The position numbers and the translations under genes were made by a program. From a virus, in IMG/VR virus record IMGVR_UViG_3300036795_000211, positions 9,708 to 73,707 of that record: 64,000 bases of DNA. One strand, 5' to 3'. The first letter of the stretch is position 1. The number at the start of each line of letters is the position of its first letter. Below the pieces are notes generated by a model. The model was not told where the DNA came from. It ran no database searches and was given only the letters and a program-made list of their open reading frames with translations. Shown here one piece after another: positions 27,060 through 37,371 of the stretch.

Positions 27060-27917
27060 ATGGTTACCGTCAAGGAGCAGCTGGCCGAGAAGAAGAGGCT
27101 CGCTGCTGAGGCCGAGGCAACCCCGGCCGCCAAGCCCGCCCGCAAGACCCGGTCCGCGAAGGCCGCGACCACCGAGACCGCACCGGCCGCGAAGACCAAG
27201 ACCCGTTCCGCCAAGGCCAAGGCCGCCCCGGCGAAGGAGACCGAGGCCCCGGCCGCCAAGCCCAAGCTGACGGACGAGGAGAAGCAGGCCCGCAAGGAGG
27301 CCGCATTCGCCAAGCTCAAGGCCGCCGCAGCGGTCAAGCGTGAGGAGAAGCGGAAGGCCATCGCCGCGGCCCTGGTCCAGACCAAGAAGTCGCTCAAGAA
27401 GGGTGCGAAGCTGTACCTCACCCGGGCCAGTTACTACGGCTGCAAGGTCGTGGTCGTGGGCTCCGAGGAGGTCCGGGGCCGCATCCTCGTCACCGTCCGG
27501 CTCGTGACCAAGAAGGACGGCACCGAGCCCTGGCCGATCGAGAACGACACCCGCCGGGTCAGCCCCGACTTCCTGCAGGCCGAGAAGCCCGGCCCCCGCG
27601 AGAAGCGCGAGAGCAAGAAGCAGCGGGAGCGTCGCGAGGCGCGGGAGGCCAAGGCCGAGGCGAAGGGCAGCAAGCGCCGGTCCAAGAAGGCCGCCGATGA
27701 GGCCGAGGCGGAGGACGAGAGCGAGGACCTGGAGGACGAGCTCGAGGTCGAGGATGAGGACGAAGAGGACCTCGAGGAGGACGACACCGAGGACGAGGAA
27801 GACGAAGAGGTGGACGAGCCCGAGGAGGCCGATGACGAGGCCGACACGGATGAGGACGATGACGAAGAGGAGGACGACGACGACGAAGAGGACGATGAGG
27901 ACTCCTGGGAGGAGTAA
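27060..27917 (+). CDS. Histone H1-like (PAAK) protein with very acidic C-terminal tail
   Basis: AGGAGG RBS; K/A/P repeats; about 75 aa D/E tail; extreme GC3; own promoter and terminator. Confidence 0.75.
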   Translation: MVTVKEQLAEKKRLAAEAEATPAAKPARKTRSAKAATTETAPAAKTKTRSAKAKAAPAKETEAPAAKPKLTDEEKQARKEAAFAKLKAAAAVKREEKRKAIAAALVQTKKSLKKGAKLYLTRASYYGCKVVVVGSEEVRGRILVTVRLVTKKDGTEPWPIENDTRRVSPDFLQAEKPGPREKRESKKQRERREAREAKAEAKGSKRRSKKAADEAEAEDESEDLEDELEVEDEDEEDLEEDDTEDEEDEEVDEPEEADDEADTDEDDDEEEDDDDEEDDEDSWEE

Positions 27918-27929
27918 CCTCTAATCCCC

Positions 27930-27971
27930 TGCCGGGGGCCGGTCGCGATGACCGGCCCTTTCGGCATCTTT
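27930..27971 (+). terminator. Rho-independent terminator
   Basis: tgccggggg-ccggtc..gaccggcc-ctttcggca stem followed by tcttt. Confidence 0.65.
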
Positions 27972-27990
27972 GCCGGAAAGGAGAATCGGA

Positions 27991-28425
27991 ATGGCGAATC
28001 GGACTACAACCCGGCCACTTGCGCCGATCGAAAAGAAGGCGGTCGCCGGTCCAACGGCCGCAGTTCTCGGCGGTTACATCGTGTGGCTCGTATTCACGAT
28101 CTGGCCCAACCTCAAGACATACGTCACGCCCGAAGCGGCGGCGCAGATGCCGGTCGTGGTCGGAGGCATCCTGGCCGCCCTTGCGGCATACGTGGCACCG
28201 CACACCTCGCGACCCGACCTACCTTCGGTACAACCCGCCCCAGCTCAGGCACTCGGCGGACAAGGTGGACAATCGTCCTTCCGAAGCGGAACCGGCCAAA
28301 CGCACATCGTCGTACACGGTGGTGACCCGGTAAGTCCGTCCGGCGGTGCCGGTGGAGGTGGGGTCCCCCTGCGTCCGGGTCCCGATTCGACACCGGAAGC
28401 TGGCGGGGCCTGGCCGGCGGAATGA
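27991..28425 (+). CDS. Holin-like two-TM membrane protein
   Basis: PIEKKAVA..two hydrophobic helices..AYVAPHT.R, resembling actinophage holins. Confidence 0.55.
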   Translation: MANRTTTRPLAPIEKKAVAGPTAAVLGGYIVWLVFTIWPNLKTYVTPEAAAQMPVVVGGILAALAAYVAPHTSRPDLPSVQPAPAQALGGQGGQSSFRSGTGQTHIVVHGGDPVSPSGGAGGGGVPLRPGPDSTPEAGGAWPAE

Positions 28426-29771
28426 AGCCCGACGTACACCAGGAGAAGGCAATCGACCTGTTCGTCGCCAATCGAACGTTCGGTTGCTTTGACGTGCCGG
28501 GGAGCGGTAAGACAGCTATTGCGATTAACGCACTTGATCGCTTGGGCCGCTTCCCGGCAGTGATTACCGCTCCGGCGCACCTCGTTCCGCAATGGCGACA
28601 GCAGTTCATCGACTGGGGCTTTCCGGAGGACGAGATCGCGTACACCCCGCGCGGATGCGGTCCGGAACATCGACTCGACGTGCTGTTTAGCGACGCTGCC
28701 TTTAAAGTGGTGTCGTACGACATGTGGGCAACGGATCGCTATCGGAAGTACCTCCTCGATCGGGAGTACGAAGCATACGTATTCGATGAAGCACACCGTC
28801 TGAGGCGCGGGGGACGGAGGAAGCGACGATCCGTTGAAGGTGGCGCGTACAAGGCCGTGAAGTGGCTGCGGACGAAGACCCGTTCGAAGCACATGAACAC
28901 GCCGGTCTGGTGGCTCACCGGTACCCCGATAATCAAGGACGCGACCGACGTCTGGCCGTTCCTCGCAATGGCGAATCCGTATCGCTTCACCTCCCGCGAA
29001 CGCTTTGCACAGGACACGTGCTATACGTCGTATTCACCGTACGGTCTCGTGATCGGTAAGGTGAAGGAGCCCGAGAAGTTCCAGCGGCTACTCGGAAAGT
29101 ATTCGATCCGCCGCACCTGGTCCGACATTCCGGAGCTCGCCGATCTGTCGATTCGACATATCGAGGTACCGGTGGAGCTCGCACCGCGTGAGCTGCATCG
29201 TCACCGAACGATAAAGCAGGACTATCGTGATCCGCTTACCGGCGAACCGCTGTTCTCGTCCGGGTCGATGGTCCGTGCTCTCCGACAATTGACCGTACCA
29301 GCCAAACTAGACGCACTGTCCGAGGTGCTGGAGGACCACCCCGGACGCTGGTTGCTCCTCGCTTGGTACAAGAAGAGCGCGAGGGACATTGAAGCGCTGG
29401 TCAAGAAGACCGGTCGTCCTGTCGGGTACATCGACGGAACGGTGAAGGAGCGTGATCGTCAGGAAGCATTCAAGCTATACCGACGTAATCCGCAGGCCGT
29501 AATGGTCGCGACGATCGGATCGACGAAGGAGGGATTCGACGGCCTGCAGGTGGGCAACCAGGTCGGGTTCGTCGAACAGCACTACCTATCCGAAGACAAC
29601 GCGCAGGCGTTTGGCCGCCTCCTGCGGCGCGGGCAGGGCCAGCCCGTACTCGCTTACTGGTTCTATGCTCGCAGGTCATTCGACATGCGCGTTCGTCGAG
29701 TAGCACTAAACCGGGGAAAGGGTATCGCCGAAGCACTCGGTGAGTACCTCGAAGAGGAGGAATGGGAATGA
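28422..29771 (+). CDS. SNF2-like DEAH helicase
   Basis: PGSGKT, DEAH, LTGTP, QAFGRLLRRGQ. Confidence 0.9.
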   Translation: MKPDVHQEKAIDLFVANRTFGCFDVPGSGKTAIAINALDRLGRFPAVITAPAHLVPQWRQQFIDWGFPEDEIAYTPRGCGPEHRLDVLFSDAAFKVVSYDMWATDRYRKYLLDREYEAYVFDEAHRLRRGGRRKRRSVEGGAYKAVKWLRTKTRSKHMNTPVWWLTGTPIIKDATDVWPFLAMANPYRFTSRERFAQDTCYTSYSPYGLVIGKVKEPEKFQRLLGKYSIRRTWSDIPELADLSIRHIEVPVELAPRELHRHRTIKQDYRDPLTGEPLFSSGSMVRALRQLTVPAKLDALSEVLEDHPGRWLLLAWYKKSARDIEALVKKTGRPVGYIDGTVKERDRQEAFKLYRRNPQAVMVATIGSTKEGFDGLQVGNQVGFVEQHYLSEDNAQAFGRLLRRGQGQPVLAYWFYARRSFDMRVRRVALNRGKGIAEALGEYLEEEEWE

Positions 29772-29949
29772 GGTACCGCATCGCAAAATGGAAGGACGCA
29801 CTGATTCGCAAGGTCGTGTGGCACCTACCGCGCCGAGTCGTGATGTGGAGCTACATTCGGGTAGCCGCTCACGCAACTACCGGTAAGTTCGGTGACACGG
29901 TCGTACCGGAGCTGTCGATGATGGACGCACTCAAACGATGGGACGAACG

Positions 29950-30558
29950 ATGAATGACATCGCACATCGTACGGAGAACGACAACGACCTGCACGGTGAC
30001 CCCGACGCGACGCACTGGGCCGAACGCTTTATCGCCGTTCGCAAGGAGATCCGATTTCAGAAGCTGCGGGATATCGCGGACGACGAAGGTGCGATGCTAG
30101 CGTGGTTCGCCGGAGCAATCGAGACCGGCCGAATGGCGGAACACGAACTGTTCGACCGCCCTTTCGGCTCCGATGCGCCGTCGGACGGGGACACTGCCGA
30201 AGTCCCTGCTGGTGATCGTCCGGAGTATATCACCTTCTTCGATGCGTTCAGCGGATGGGCGCACCTGCAGGAGCTCTGGCCGGAGAACGGACAGTGGTGT
30301 CGACGACACTGGTCTCCGTGTCCGGCAGGCGGTTACAACGGAATCGGCGCAGCGGTCGCAATGATGGAAGCGTTCGCACAGGACAGCGAGTTGTCCGGAG
30401 ATGCACTTACGCCCGAAGGACTCAATCGGTCACTACTGCGGGTCGTAAAGGAGCACGGCGCAATCTGCTGCGCTCTCGGCGACCAAGAGATGTACCGTAT
30501 CTGGCAGGACTGGCCCGGCGCAACGAAGCTACCGGGCCAGGTAGACGCTTCCGAATAG
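29950..30558 (+). CDS. Hypothetical protein
   Basis: DATHWAERF..MLAWFAGAIETG N-module; coupled ORF. Confidence 0.5.
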   Translation: MNDIAHRTENDNDLHGDPDATHWAERFIAVRKEIRFQKLRDIADDEGAMLAWFAGAIETGRMAEHELFDRPFGSDAPSDGDTAEVPAGDRPEYITFFDAFSGWAHLQELWPENGQWCRRHWSPCPAGGYNGIGAAVAMMEAFAQDSELSGDALTPEGLNRSLLRVVKEHGAICCALGDQEMYRIWQDWPGATKLPGQVDASE

Positions 30559-30568
30559 GAGAGAGAAC

Positions 30569-31165
30569 ATGCCACTCGCAGGAACGAACATTCCGAAGGC
30601 CGTCCGTGCCGGTGACTTCTTCTGCGTGCAGGGCTCATCGAGCTCCGGACGGTGGATTAAAGGCGCCGAGATCATCGACGACGCTTCACCCGATGCTGCC
30701 GAGTTCCAGCACGCCGGAATCGTCACAAAGGTTACGTGGCCGACCGCCGGAGTCCCGAACGTCACGATTCTCGAAGCCGAAGGTGACGGCGCAATCGAGA
30801 CTGCGTACCACTACGACGGTGCGCATATAATTTGGTCGACCGGCGCAATCGTGCCGTCCGCGGTTCAGCGTCCGAACATCGTGGCAGGCGCACTCACGCT
30901 AAAGGGTGCGAAGTACGGCTATCTCGATTACGCAGCGCTTGGGCTGCATCACTACCACGTCGACATCCCCGGCCTTCGTGCTTACATCGGCTGGTCGAAG
31001 CGGCTCATCTGCTCGCAGCTCGTAGACCGGGCATACGAACTCGGCGATTACCATCTGTTCGTCAAGCCGCCACGCTGGAACGGCTACGTAAAGCCCTCCG
31101 ATCTGTCGCAGCTGCTGATCAATCTTGGCGTAACGGCACTCGGGCCGGCCCACGACAGTTGGTGA
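30569..31165 (+). CDS. Permuted papain-like NlpC/P60 (YiiX/YaeF-like) enzyme
   Basis: GDFF, FQHAGIV (His), G.KYGYLDY, LICSQLVD.AY (Cys) in permuted order. Confidence 0.75.
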   Translation: MPLAGTNIPKAVRAGDFFCVQGSSSSGRWIKGAEIIDDASPDAAEFQHAGIVTKVTWPTAGVPNVTILEAEGDGAIETAYHYDGAHIIWSTGAIVPSAVQRPNIVAGALTLKGAKYGYLDYAALGLHHYHVDIPGLRAYIGWSKRLICSQLVDRAYELGDYHLFVKPPRWNGYVKPSDLSQLLINLGVTALGPAHDSW

Positions 31166-31166
31166 G

Positions 31167-31195
31167 TTGACATGCCTGTAGTTTCGGTATAGACT
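31167..31195 (+). promoter_or_regulatory. SigA-type promoter TTGACA-N17-TAGACT
   Basis: Consensus match. Confidence 0.75.
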
Positions 31196-31216
31196 GGGAT
31201 CTGAGGAGGCATCTAT

Positions 31217-32449
31217 ATGGCCGAGGAAGTCACTTACCCGCCGCGCTGGAAGCCGCGTCCGCCGGCACGGTTGCCCGGGGTGAACGGTAAGGCACCGTTC
31301 GAGATCACCGTGAACGAGCTAAACTCGTACCTCCACTGTCGCCGACAGTGGCACATTACATCCGCAAACCGACAGTCGCTGCTGAAGATCGGCGCTCCGA
31401 CCCCCGCGCTGCACATCGGGTCCGCATTCCACTATGCAACGGCGATGCACTCGCATCACGGACAGGACCCCGAGCAGGCCGTTCGCGAGTTCTTCTCCGA
31501 CTCGATTGAGCGACTCCAGGCGCAGTACCTGCAGCGCGTCGGCGCCTATATGTCGACACAGGAGCTCAACCTGATCGACGAGCAGCGAATGATGGCGCTG
31601 CACCTCATCCGTGTCTACTACGAACGTCACGGGCTCAAGAACCCGATCCGACCGTTCAAGCACATCGCGTCCGAGGTTACCTTTCGCTTGCCGCTCGTCA
31701 AGGAATACGACGTGTGGCTCGTTGGCACGATCGACGAGATCGGTATTGATCCGGACGGAAATCCGGTGCCGATTGAGCGAAAGACCTACACGCGGAAGCC
31801 GGACAAGAAGAACTGGCGGTTCAACCACCAGATCTACGGTTACGCGTGCGCGCTCAGCATCCTTACCGGCAAGCCGGTTAACTACGCGGCATATGACGGC
31901 ATCCGCAAGAAGGAGCCGACCGTCCCGCAGCTCTTGAAGTCCGGTGAGCTGTCCCGCAAGTGGATCGACACCACCTACGACGTGTACAAAGGGGCGGTGC
32001 TGGCCACCTATCACGGTGAGGTCCCGATCGAGTTCCTCGACATCCTGAACCGCCTTCAGGCGCGGGACCAGGGACCTGAGAACGCGTTCACGCACCGCTT
32101 CCGCATTCCGATCTCCCGGTACGCGATGTCGAAGTGGTGGGACGACGCGCAGGCCGTTGCGATGGAGGCCTCGCACCAGCCACGGATCATTCCGAACTTC
32201 GAGTGGCAGGGCTGCCCGATGTGTCGGCAGAAGGACCTGTGCCACGCGATTCAGGCCGGTGACCGTAACGCGCAGACCGAGATCATCCGTTCCGAGTATC
32301 GGAAGGGTACGACGCCGACCATTACCACCGTTCGTTCCGGCGTTCCGATAGCGGAGAAGCGGGTCAAGGACGTCAGCCAACTGGCGAAGTACAGCCAGGT
32401 GTCGATGGGCCACGATCCGGACTACACCACGGAGGTCGTTCCGTCATGA
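31217..32449 (+). CDS. Cas4/RecB-like PD-(D/E)XK exonuclease
   Basis: CRRQW, GSAFH, GTIDEI, IERKT, QIYGY, CPMC..LC. Confidence 0.85.
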   Translation: MAEEVTYPPRWKPRPPARLPGVNGKAPFEITVNELNSYLHCRRQWHITSANRQSLLKIGAPTPALHIGSAFHYATAMHSHHGQDPEQAVREFFSDSIERLQAQYLQRVGAYMSTQELNLIDEQRMMALHLIRVYYERHGLKNPIRPFKHIASEVTFRLPLVKEYDVWLVGTIDEIGIDPDGNPVPIERKTYTRKPDKKNWRFNHQIYGYACALSILTGKPVNYAAYDGIRKKEPTVPQLLKSGELSRKWIDTTYDVYKGAVLATYHGEVPIEFLDILNRLQARDQGPENAFTHRFRIPISRYAMSKWWDDAQAVAMEASHQPRIIPNFEWQGCPMCRQKDLCHAIQAGDRNAQTEIIRSEYRKGTTPTITTVRSGVPIAEKRVKDVSQLAKYSQVSMGHDPDYTTEVVPS

Positions 32450-33187
32450 GGAAGCTCGATTTCGAAGGCGATTGGCGTCAGCAGCTTCGCGATCTAATCG
32501 ACCCACTTCTCGAGAAGGGTGCGAATCGCGAGACCGTTGACTTCGAGACCTCCCGCGTTTTCGGCATTCAGCTCGGACAAGGCGGACAAGGTCCGAACCC
32601 CGTCCCGGAGTGCAAGTACTGCGGGGCATACGGAGGCGGAGGCCACGGCGGCTTCTGTCCGAACGGAGGATGAAGTGGCAACTGAACTGGTCCGACACGC
32701 ATTCGAGTTCGCGCACGAGGCTCCCGACCTCTCGCAGCTACCGCCGGGAGGTCACTTCGACGTGGAGATCGTCAAGGTCGAGCTGCGTCAGGACCGCGCT
32801 ACCGGGCAGCTCATCGTTACCGAGATCGCGCGGATCATCCGTGCACGGGACGCGGGAGGCCAAGTGATCGAGTGGCCGCCGAAGCAGGGGATGCCGTACA
32901 CGTCGAGGACCGAATGAAGTACCGCTTCCGAGGCGGTCCGCTTGACGGCCAGGACTGGGACGTTACTCGCGACGCTGACGGTTTTCTTCCGTACCACATC
33001 TGCGCACTACAACCGATGTCGCTCCCGGTGCCGACCGAGCTCACACCCGCCGTCTCGACCCCCGACGTGCGTGAACCGGTCACGTACACCCTCGGCAAGC
33101 TGGTCACCGGCGAGTACGTGTACACGTGTCGTCCCGAAGACCTCGCAGAAATCTTCGGTAGCGGCAGCTCAGGACCGCCGGAGTAGC

Positions 33188-33216
33188 TTGCCGTCCGGAC
33201 CGGCATCGTCTATACT
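33188..33216 (+). promoter_or_regulatory. SigA-type promoter TTGCCG-N17-TATACT
   Basis: Consensus match. Confidence 0.7.
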
Positions 33217-33245
33217 CAGAGGGTAGTCAAGCAACCGCGAAGGAG

Positions 33246-33506
33246 GTGAGTGCAGTGCGAGTTTGGATTCCGTGGCCCGTCTGGGTGCTGATCATCGTGT
33301 TCGGCATCCCGTTGTACCTGATCTGGGCGTGTATCGCGACCGGCGTATTTATTGTCGTGTCGCTGATCGCGTGGGCCGTGTCCCGCTCGTGGCGTCGGGG
33401 ACTTCGGATCGGCGGACTTACCTTCGCCGCGATGATTGCTCCCGGTCACATGACTAGGGCGCACAACGACCGCAACCGTGTCGTCAACGTAAGGGTCGTA
33501 GCATGA
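33246..33506 (+). CDS. Small membrane protein
   Basis: Long hydrophobic stretch; AAGGAGG RBS. Confidence 0.55.
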   Translation: MSAVRVWIPWPVWVLIIVFGIPLYLIWACIATGVFIVVSLIAWAVSRSWRRGLRIGGLTFAAMIAPGHMTRAHNDRNRVVNVRVVA

Positions 33507-33751
33507 GATTGCGTGACCGGTTCCGTCTCGTCGTAACGTGGGATCCGATGCCCGAATTCCACGCCTGCCCGGCCTGCCAAGGTCGGTGCTATATGCGATC
33601 AGTGACAGACGGAACCGGTCACCAGTATCTGATCCCGGTGTGGCCGGGGAACCGGCACAAGGCCTGCTTCCCGTGTCACGCATGCAAAGGGAAGGGATCG
33701 GTTCCGACCATCGGATCGGACAACCGGATCCTCGAGAAGAAAGGCTTCTAA
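33503..33751 (+). CDS. DnaJ-type Zn-finger small protein
   Basis: CPACQGR and CHACKGKG repeats. Confidence 0.5.
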   Translation: MRLRDRFRLVVTWDPMPEFHACPACQGRCYMRSVTDGTGHQYLIPVWPGNRHKACFPCHACKGKGSVPTIGSDNRILEKKGF

Positions 33752-33752
33752 C

Positions 33753-34025
33753 ATGGCGCTGGACCAACGAGAGCTGATTATCGCATTCACCTCCGTGCAG
33801 TTCTGCGCTCAGCCGGAGATCTATCCGATATGGCAAGCGTTCAACCGTGCGGTCCTGAAGGAGTCATTCGGTGACGAGGCCATCGAGATGCCGAGTCGCG
33901 AAGAGCTCGTGGCGGCAGCAGCTACGCTAATGCGGGCGATCTTCGAGTTGCTAACGCCGGGAGAGCGCGACTCGGTCTTCACGGAAGCCGCGAAGATAGT
34001 TAACAGGAGGAGGCAGACCCGATGA
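33753..34025 (+). CDS. Hypothetical protein
   Basis: Coupled ORF chain. Confidence 0.5.
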   Translation: MALDQRELIIAFTSVQFCAQPEIYPIWQAFNRAVLKESFGDEAIEMPSREELVAAAATLMRAIFELLTPGERDSVFTEAAKIVNRRRQTR

Positions 34026-34609
34026 GCGCTGTTGTAGTCCTCGCATTCGCCAAGCGTGCGGAGGCCGCGAGGTTCGTAAAGGCGATGTACGCCGAAGACC
34101 CGAGTGCGGGTGAAATCGGCGATGCAGTGTTCGCGTCGGAGGTCGCGGCAACGATAGCGCGTCCCGATTACTGGTGTACCTGCGAAGGACAGCAGGACCC
34201 CGGCGGAACTCGCAAGGCGAGGCGCGGGAGACCGAAGCGTGAGCTCGGATGGACGCGCGATGAAAAGACCGGAATGTTCGTGTGCGTACATTGCGGTAAG
34301 CCGGCAAAGGCGACCGTGATCCACTTCATCTCGTCCATGCTGATCGGCTCGAAGGACATGACGCCGCAGATCCTCGGTACCGGCGAGGCAACGACGCTAT
34401 TCGAGCAGCGCGTGATGGAAGCGGTCACGAACGCTATTGCCGAAGGACACGAGCCCGATATCGACACCCTCACGTCGTTCGAGCGCACGCACCTTGCGCA
34501 TACGCCGAACGGACTTGCCGATCCGACACACGGTGGCACCGGCCTGTCGTCCACCGGAACGCCACGCAGCATCAACCGCAAGCGAAAGGAAAGGCCGCGT
34601 CGTGGCTGA
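34022..34609 (+). CDS. Hypothetical Zn-binding protein
   Basis: CTC and CVHC; GGAGG RBS. Confidence 0.55.
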   Translation: MSAVVVLAFAKRAEAARFVKAMYAEDPSAGEIGDAVFASEVAATIARPDYWCTCEGQQDPGGTRKARRGRPKRELGWTRDEKTGMFVCVHCGKPAKATVIHFISSMLIGSKDMTPQILGTGEATTLFEQRVMEAVTNAIAEGHEPDIDTLTSFERTHLAHTPNGLADPTHGGTGLSSTGTPRSINRKRKERPRRG

Positions 34610-35490
34610 CGAACCAGTGCTAAGTCGCAATGGCTTCGAAACCGAGGAGATCACCGAGTTCGAGTGCACGATTCGCTTTCCGACCGGAACGCTTACGTTC
34701 AAGGGGAAGCATCTCCGTGCCGCCGTCGAACTAGTCCGCTTGATCCAGCCGGTAGAGCACTTCGATGCACTCGAAATTACGGCTCAGCGTGCCGTACTCC
34801 CGAGCGAAGCTGCCGCAAAGGAACTCGTGATCACCGTCAAGCGTCCGGGCAATCACGGAGATACTACGTTCGAAATGGAGTACAACGATGGTCGCGAGGA
34901 GCGACGACGCAAGCGAATTCGGCTTCCGGGTATTCACGCGGATATCGTTCTCGAACTAATGTCGAAGCATCCGGCCGGCGGCGAAGGCGTCGACATGACG
35001 GTGATTGATAGCGGAAATCGTGCCGTCGGGACGGCGGAGGTCGAGATGACCCTTGAAGGCGTAAAACACCTGGTTGCTGCCCTGCAAGAGGTCGCAGGTC
35101 TCTGAGAACTGCCCTTGCCTGACCCGACCTTACCCGATCCGACAATCGGAGGAGACGCCGATGAATCCCAGCAACCCCCCGCTCTGTCAGGAGTGCGGAG
35201 AACATGAAGTGGCGTACTCCGACTTCGTCTGCCGGTTCTGCTTTGCCAAGCTCCCGAATCACCACAAACGTGCCCTTCGTTTGAGCGTAGGGCGAGAAGA
35301 TGAACGACACACGAGGGAGCGAGCACTGCAGTGGCTAAAGCGGAACCGCCGAAGTACTGGGACGAAAGGTCGGAGCGAATCGCGAATGCGAACGAGCTCG
35401 CGTCGGGGATGAACTTCGTAGTCCCGGACGTCGTACCGCCACCGAGGGCGCAGATACGCTGGGCCCTCCAGCAACTAAGGAGCAAGTACA

Positions 35491-35754
35491 GTGTCAACCG
35501 AACCCGACCGTAGCGGGATCATGGACGTCGGAAATCCGTTTCTCGCCGTAGTCCCGTCCCGGGTGGACACCGGTACCGTGCAAACGGCGCAGGGAATGCG
35601 TGGCGTCGTGACAACGCGGACGTCCTCCGCAACGGTGACCGAGTTCCTCACGAAGGCCGATCTCCTCACCCGAGCTCGAGTCTTCAACGAGCTCGCTGAC
35701 AAGGTCAGCGACACCGGCATCATCGTCGTAGGAGGTTCACTCAATGGCGGCTAA
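35491..35754 (+). CDS. Hypothetical protein
   Basis: AAGGAG RBS; coupled. Confidence 0.5.
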   Translation: MSTEPDRSGIMDVGNPFLAVVPSRVDTGTVQTAQGMRGVVTTRTSSATVTEFLTKADLLTRARVFNELADKVSDTGIIVVGGSLNGG

Positions 35755-36364
35755 CGTACGGCGGATGTTCTACGCCCCCGAATCGCTTTCCGCGGAAGTC
35801 GTGCAGATGGTCCTCGAACTTATCTCCGTGGACGTAAAGCTCGGAATCGTGGAACGCTGGACGCCGCATGAGCTCCTCGTTGCCTACGACTACGCGATGC
35901 GTGCGCACCTGCGTGCGTCCGACAATCCGACTCACCTACGTCCGCAACCGTGGTTCGTCACTACTGCAGCCGCGATGTCGAAGGCGGCACCGTTCCACGA
36001 TCCGACCGAGGCGTTTCACTCCGGTTCACGCACGGCGGAAAGCGACACCGGTCGCATTACGGTCAACGACCATATTCGCGTTACGACTCCCGGCGTTTCG
36101 GCTGAGTACCGCATTAACGGCGTACGAATCGTGTACGACACGGAGCACCTCACGTTCATGTCGGACGAACTCGACAAAGCCGGAATCACCGAGATCGAGA
36201 TGGCGAACTACGCCGGAATGTGCTCTCGGGACCAACGCGTCACCGCACGCGGGAGGAAGGACGATAAAGCTCCGTGGCTGTTCCTCCACGCTAGCGGAAC
36301 GGTGTGTACGCACGACTTTCGTCCCGCCGAATCGCACATGTTCGGCGAATGGGAGCCCTCTTGA
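35744..36364 (+). CDS. Hypothetical protein
   Basis: AGGAGG RBS. Confidence 0.55.
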   Translation: MAANVRRMFYAPESLSAEVVQMVLELISVDVKLGIVERWTPHELLVAYDYAMRAHLRASDNPTHLRPQPWFVTTAAAMSKAAPFHDPTEAFHSGSRTAESDTGRITVNDHIRVTTPGVSAEYRINGVRIVYDTEHLTFMSDELDKAGITEIEMANYAGMCSRDQRVTARGRKDDKAPWLFLHASGTVCTHDFRPAESHMFGEWEPS

Positions 36365-37158
36365 GCTCCGCGATACCGAACGCGGGCTGGTACATCGAGT
36401 TCTACAACGCCGAAGGCGAAAAGATCGGCGATTCGATCCCGTTTCCCGATCCGGCTCCGTTCGAGTACAGCCTTCCGGTCCCGGAGGGTACGGAATACAT
36501 GCGCCACGTATTCATCTTTCGTGCGCCGGAACCGATGATCCCGCCGTACTTCGACGAAGATGCGAGGCCGAGTTGAGCTGCGGTAAAGATCTGCCGGGCC
36601 GAATCGCACGCGTTCCCGGCGCAGCAATGCGAATGATCTTTCCCGAAGTGCGTGATGCGGACAACGACAAGATCTGGGGCTCGGCATGGGACAACGAAGC
36701 CTCGGCGAAGGAGAGTTGTCGCCTTAACGCAACGGAGCACGGTCATCTCGGAGCCACGCTCGGTCCGTTGCATACCGAGATCGGCTGGATCACCGGTGTC
36801 GACCTACGAGGCGCAATATCGAGAAACGGCGGTAGAGATGCTCACATATGACACCGAGGAAGTCACGTATCTGCTTACCGCAGCTGCGAAGAGCCGCGGG
36901 AGGAAGGAGATGTACTGCGGTAGTGCGGTTCTCGAATGGCTCAAGGAAACGACACCGGAAGCCGAATCGGACCCGCCCGGAAGTGTCATGTCGTATGCAA
37001 CGCTCACCGGTGTGTCGATCATTCTTAAGGACGACTATGCTCCTTCCGAGTTCCGCATCATCAAGCACGATAGCTGCACCGTGTCGGGAAGCGATGTGTC
37101 GCACGGAATGTGCTTGCCTATCGCTGACGGCTACCTGGCGTTGTAGGACAAATCGAAT

Positions 37159-37185
37159 GGCTTCCCAGTTTGCCAGCCAGGGTAT
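37159..37185 (+). promoter_or_regulatory. Possible SigF/SigB-type promoter GGCTT-N16-GGGTAT upstream of primase leader
   Basis: One mismatch to GGWWT-N16-GGGTAY; intergenic. Confidence 0.4.
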
Positions 37186-37212
37186 ATGATCATTCTTCTA
37201 TGGGCATAGCGC

Positions 37213-37255
37213 ACAGGAACCCCAGCTCACTGTTGCCGCAAGCTGGGGTTCCTGT
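37213..37255 (+). terminator. Perfect 15-bp hairpin in primase leader
   Basis: acaggaaccccagct / agctggggttcctgt. Confidence 0.55.
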
Positions 37256-37311
37256 TAGGCCGAGGAAGGCCACTGCGATGTCCGCCTACCGCGTTAGGAG
37301 GATCACCACTC

Positions 37312-37371
37312 ATGAGCCTACCCGATCCCTTTCCGTCTGTCAAGCTGCTATGTGATGGCGCACTTCGGTGA
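37312..37371 (+). CDS. 19 aa leader ORF coupled to primase
   Basis: AGGAGG RBS; MSLPDPFPSVKLLCDGALR; TGA overlaps primase GTG. Confidence 0.45.
   Translation: MSLPDPFPSVKLLCDGALR

Noticed and set aside
31217-32449. Cas4-like nuclease as a sign of a CRISPR system
   Set aside because: No repeat-spacer array or other cas genes seen; solo Cas4-like exonucleases are routine in actinophages
35115-35146. Additional SigA promoter TTGCCT..GACAAT
   Set aside because: 20-nt spacer and weak -10
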